From a virus: a DNA stretch of 64,000 nt. Positions within the stretch are counted from its first letter, which is position 1, and the number at the start of each line of letters is the position of its first letter. The position numbers and the translations under genes are program-made. This document shows positions 60,915 through 64,000 of the stretch, piece after piece. The notes below the pieces were generated by a model. The model was not told the origin of the DNA and made no database searches. It saw only the letters and a program-made list of their open reading frames with translations. Where the stretch lies: IMG/VR virus record IMGVR_UViG_3300042987_002978, positions 1 through 64,000 of that record; one strand, written 5' to 3'.

Positions 60915-61331
60915 TCAGCCGTTTTCTGTCGCGGCGTACGAGGGTGGATAGTTGCAAGAAGTGGATACCCTTGTGACAACGCTCGTGTTTGTTGGGCATG
61001 AATATGTCGTCGTATAGGTTGGGGAAGCCCCATAACCCCATTCTGGTCTGTGCAGGTTGGCGTTGTCACACGGTCCGCACCAGTTGGTGCAGTTACATCC
61101 ACAACCTTGACCTGCTCCGATGCACCATCCACCGCAATTTGCGCCGCCAGATGGGCAGTAACTGCCGCTTTGCCATGTCCACGCTGTTGCAGAATAATTC
61201 GCCGGGTAGTTGCAAGTCGTTCCGCTCAAAGAAACGATTGCCGTGTTGGTATTGCAGGTATAGAACACGCTCCTGCGGGACAGGCCGAATCTCCTTGCCG
61301 AGCCGCCGCCCAACTTGTTTACGAATGGCAT
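60915..61331 (-). CDS. Cys-rich fibre/decoration subunit
   Basis: MPFVNKLGGGSARRFG leader; multiple Cys; duplicated Y.C.TNT..V....T.CNYP..Y.AT. Confidence 0.6.
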   Translation of the reverse strand: MPFVNKLGGGSARRFGLSRRSVFYTCNTNTAIVSLSGTTCNYPANYSATAWTWQSGSYCPSGGANCGGWCIGAGQGCGCNCTNWCGPCDNANLHRPEWGYGASPTYTTTYSCPTNTSVVTRVSTSCNYPPSYAATENG

Positions 61332-61350
61332 AAGTCCCCTTGTTTAAATA

Positions 61351-62214
61351 TTAGGCGAATCGTGTCTGCGCGGCGAACACGGTGAATGTGGCAGCACCAG
61401 TCTTTACTGCGGTCATGGTGTACATATCCACCGAGTTGGCGTTTCCAGATGTCGGTGCGCCAGTAGAACCCTGCCATTCTGTCGTCACACCAGACGTCGT
61501 TCCGTTGATTTGAATCGATGTCGCGTAGTAGGGAGTCGCGCCGTTGGTGACCATGAACGACGTGGTGGCCATTTCGCCAGTGGCGAGTTTGCTGTCCAAC
61601 GTCGTGGAAGAATTCCAGCGCAGGTTGATGACAAAGTTGGCGGCCGCGTTCGACGTGTAGTAGGTGGTTCCGTTTGCGACATCAACCGCAATCGTTCCCG
61701 TTGCCGCAGTCGCAGAAATTGTGATTGGCTCGATGACCGATGTGGTCTTGACGCTGGAGAAGGTAACTTCACTTGTCGTGCCTACGGCCTGACCAATGGC
61801 AATTGACGCAGAAGAGCCTTCGCCAGGAGTATGAGTGACAGTAACGCCCGTGCCGGCAACTACGTCAGCGACATAGTTTCCGGTTGTGTCGGTACCGAGA
61901 GCGACCGAATTGGCGGCAATCGAGGCGACACCGCCGCTTGTGATTGTCAGGTCTCCGCTTACCTTGCCAAACACGTACGTCGGGATTCTGCTTGCGTCCA
62001 TTTTTCTATTGGCAGAAGCGCTAACGTCGTAAATTGGGATGTCGTCAGCGTCAACTATGTCGGCGTTGATGTCTACTGCGTTTGTAATGTCGATTCCGGC
62101 AAGGGCTGGGATGCCACTGAGCAGTCGCCAGGTGGTGCCGTCCCATTTCCAGGTTCGCTCATCGGCCACATACGTGTCATTTACCGATGGAGAGTTTGGG
62201 AAATCGATTGCCAT
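61351..62214 (-). CDS. fibre/appendage protein
   Basis: MAIDFPNSP...WKWDGTTW N-terminus; C-terminal SGNANSVD.Y.....KTG..TFTVFA.QT.F. Confidence 0.7.
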   Translation of the reverse strand: MAIDFPNSPSVNDTYVADERTWKWDGTTWRLLSGIPALAGIDITNAVDINADIVDADDIPIYDVSASANRKMDASRIPTYVFGKVSGDLTITSGGVASIAANSVALGTDTTGNYVADVVAGTGVTVTHTPGEGSSASIAIGQAVGTTSEVTFSSVKTTSVIEPITISATAATGTIAVDVANGTTYYTSNAAANFVINLRWNSSTTLDSKLATGEMATTSFMVTNGATPYYATSIQINGTTSGVTTEWQGSTGAPTSGNANSVDMYTMTAVKTGAATFTVFAAQTRFA

Positions 62215-62306
62215 TGTTCGCCTCCAAGTGGTCCCTGTAATTATGACATATCGACGGGGGGACTAGTTAGAAGGGAAAATCGCCCCTTGGTAATAAGGCG
62301 CAAAAA

Positions 62307-62657
62307 TCAGCCAGCGGAGACGGCGACCCATGAGGTCGTATCCTCATCCCAGCGGTATGTTTCCCCGTCGGTTGGATACGGCACCGGTGCCTGCCATCGA
62401 CAGGTTGACTCGTCAAGAATCCATGAAGCAAAACGCTTAGGGATTATGAATGCGTCTCTTTCCTGGTCATACACGCCACCGATAATTGCGTAGTTTTTCC
62501 TGAAAGAACCATTTTCGCAAGTTTCTTTCCAGGTTCCGGTCAGACCAAGAGAAGCGATAAACTGAAGGCCAATTTCTTCAGTTGGGGCATCTTCATCTGA
62601 TACAAGAATGACATTGGTTACAAAATTATTTTCGTCAAGCGAAGCGTAGTATTTCAT
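62307..62657 (-). CDS. companion/chaperone of Gly-rich fibre proteins
   Basis: YASLDENN.V..V...FRKNYA.IG..YD..RDAFI.P..F.SW. Confidence 0.65.
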   Translation of the reverse strand: MKYYASLDENNFVTNVILVSDEDAPTEEIGLQFIASLGLTGTWKETCENGSFRKNYAIIGGVYDQERDAFIIPKRFASWILDESTCRWQAPVPYPTDGETYRWDEDTTSWVAVSAG

Positions 62658-62666
62658 GTCGTAATC

Positions 62667-63440
62667 CTACGGACGGAACCTTACGTAGACGATTCCAGAG
62701 CCGCCACTTTCGCCTCCGCTGCGCACTGCGCCGCCACCTGCCGACCAACGAGTTCCACCACCACCGCCACCAGAGTAACTTCCATTGCCAGGACCAGCAC
62801 CGTTAGAACCGCCCGCACCGTTTCCACCGTTTCTTCCAGAGGTGCCGTTACCGCCACCCATGCCGCCTTGCCCCAGCATCGGACCACCACCACCGCCGCC
62901 AGCACCACGATAAGTATGACCAGCCGGCTGACCGATGAAAGCCGAAATGTCGGTTCCGTTACCGCCATTTTGTCCTTGACCTCCACCGTTCGGGGAGCCA
63001 CCACCGTCGTTACCGCCGCCACCGCCGCCGCCAGTTGAGTTGGTTTGTGAACCAAATGTCGTAGTGCCACCATTGCCGCCGTTGCTACTAAGTGCGCCGC
63101 CACCGCCACCACCACCAATTGTGATGCTTTGATTTGATGTAAGAGTCAGAAGCAAACTTTGACGAACCTGTCCGCCACCGCCACCGCCGCCGCCGGCATC
63201 GCTACCTTCGTTGCAGCCACCTCCTCCTCCACCGCCGCCACACCATAAGACATCAAACTGCCCCGAGCGAGTGACGGTCAGGGTACCAGAACTGGTGAAT
63301 GTCAATAAAGTATATGTCTGTCCGTCGACAGTTATGGATGAGGAACTACCACCAGTGGCAGCGCCGTAAGGGTTGGGCACTGAGCGAAGAGAGCCAAACC
63401 CTCTTCCCGAAGAAGAACCGAATGTTCCAATAATAGGCAT
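62667..63440 (-). CDS. glycine-rich fibre protein
   Basis: ATGG...TFTSSGT...GGGGGGG...GGSGIVYVR. Confidence 0.8.
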   Translation of the reverse strand: MPIIGTFGSSSGRGFGSLRSVPNPYGAATGGSSSSITVDGQTYTLLTFTSSGTLTVTRSGQFDVLWCGGGGGGGGCNEGSDAGGGGGGGGQVRQSLLLTLTSNQSITIGGGGGGGALSSNGGNGGTTTFGSQTNSTGGGGGGGNDGGGSPNGGGQGQNGGNGTDISAFIGQPAGHTYRGAGGGGGGPMLGQGGMGGGNGTSGRNGGNGAGGSNGAGPGNGSYSGGGGGGTRWSAGGGAVRSGGESGGSGIVYVRFRP

Positions 63441-63442
63441 AG

Positions 63443-64000
63443 TTACACCACCACCAAAGAGCCGCTGCCAGTAAACGTGTGAATTGTGTACGAGCCAGAA
63501 GTAGTTTTCGAGCCGCCAGTAATTGTGTAGGCACTTGCGCTTGAGGTCAAGTAGCGAACAATTACGATTCCGGAGCCGCCGCTTAAACCGCCGCCGCCGC
63601 CACCTCCACCGCCGCCAGTGTTTGCCGCTCCTACAGTTGCTCCGTTGCCAGCATCGTAATATCCACCGTTTCCACCACCACCCGCACCACCTGCTTGACT
63701 ACTCGGGTCTTGACTGGCTCCACCACCACCACCGGCACGAGTTACAGAAGAGCCTGTTATGGAAGATGCCCTACCAGAGCCACCTCCACTTGTTCCTCCA
63801 CCTGCAGCGGCACCACCTCCACCACCGGCTGCATCCGCACCGTTTCCGTTTCCACCACCATAACCTTGACTTGCAGTGCCGCCAAATCCGCCAGTTGCGC
63901 CTGAAGATGCACCGCCACCGCCGGAACCACCAGTACCACCGCCACCGCCGTTTCTACGACCGCCACCGCCACCCGTAGAAGTTATCGTATGAAAAACGGA
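63443..64000 (-). CDS. glycine-rich fibre protein (5' end outside window)
   Basis: open frame TITSTGGGGG...GGSGIVIVRY...YTIHTFTGSGSLVVV*. Confidence 0.75.
   Translation of the reverse strand, partial: SVFHTITSTGGGGGRRNGGGGGTGGSGGGGASSGATGGFGGTASQGYGGGNGNGADAAGGGGGAAAGGGTSGGGSGRASSITGSSVTRAGGGGGASQDPSSQAGGAGGGGNGGYYDAGNGATVGAANTGGGGGGGGGGLSGGSGIVIVRYLTSSASAYTITGGSKTTSGSYTIHTFTGSGSLVVV

Overview
This window is a 64-kb piece of a large siphovirus-type phage genome. The host is probably an actinobacterium, judging from the WhiB gene, a TIGR04338/Rv0185-like peptidase, leaderless mRNAs and GlnR/IdeR-like boxes. Almost all genes are on the minus strand. (1) 1-20 kb is an early/host-takeover region of about 45 small genes arranged as self-contained cassettes (sigma-70/SigA promoter, 5' hairpin, RBS, ORF, terminator). 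It is punctuated by 11 co-oriented copies of a conserved ~65-bp non-coding element and also contains host-regulator-like boxes, a promoter-embedded operator, candidate structured RNAs and a likely iteron origin at ~13.3 kb. (2) 20-32 kb holds metabolic, modification and replication genes: 2OG oxygenases, HNH, SpeD, WhiB, RusA-like, CmoA-like, ParB-MTase, tandem ParB, HTH initiator and HIRAN. (3) 32-47 kb is the tail module (major tail protein, chaperone, tape measure, Dit, large tail-tip protein with Cys-rich/PVT repeats) followed by a low-GC modification cassette. (4) 47-64 kb holds lysis genes, a SNF2 helicase, a lectin/mucin-like membrane protein, glycosyltransferases, oxygenases, a carbamoyltransferase and Gly-rich/Cys-rich fibre genes. 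No terminase, portal, capsid, polymerase, integrase, tRNA or CRISPR-Cas was recognised. All family calls come from motif recognition by eye; no database search was run.
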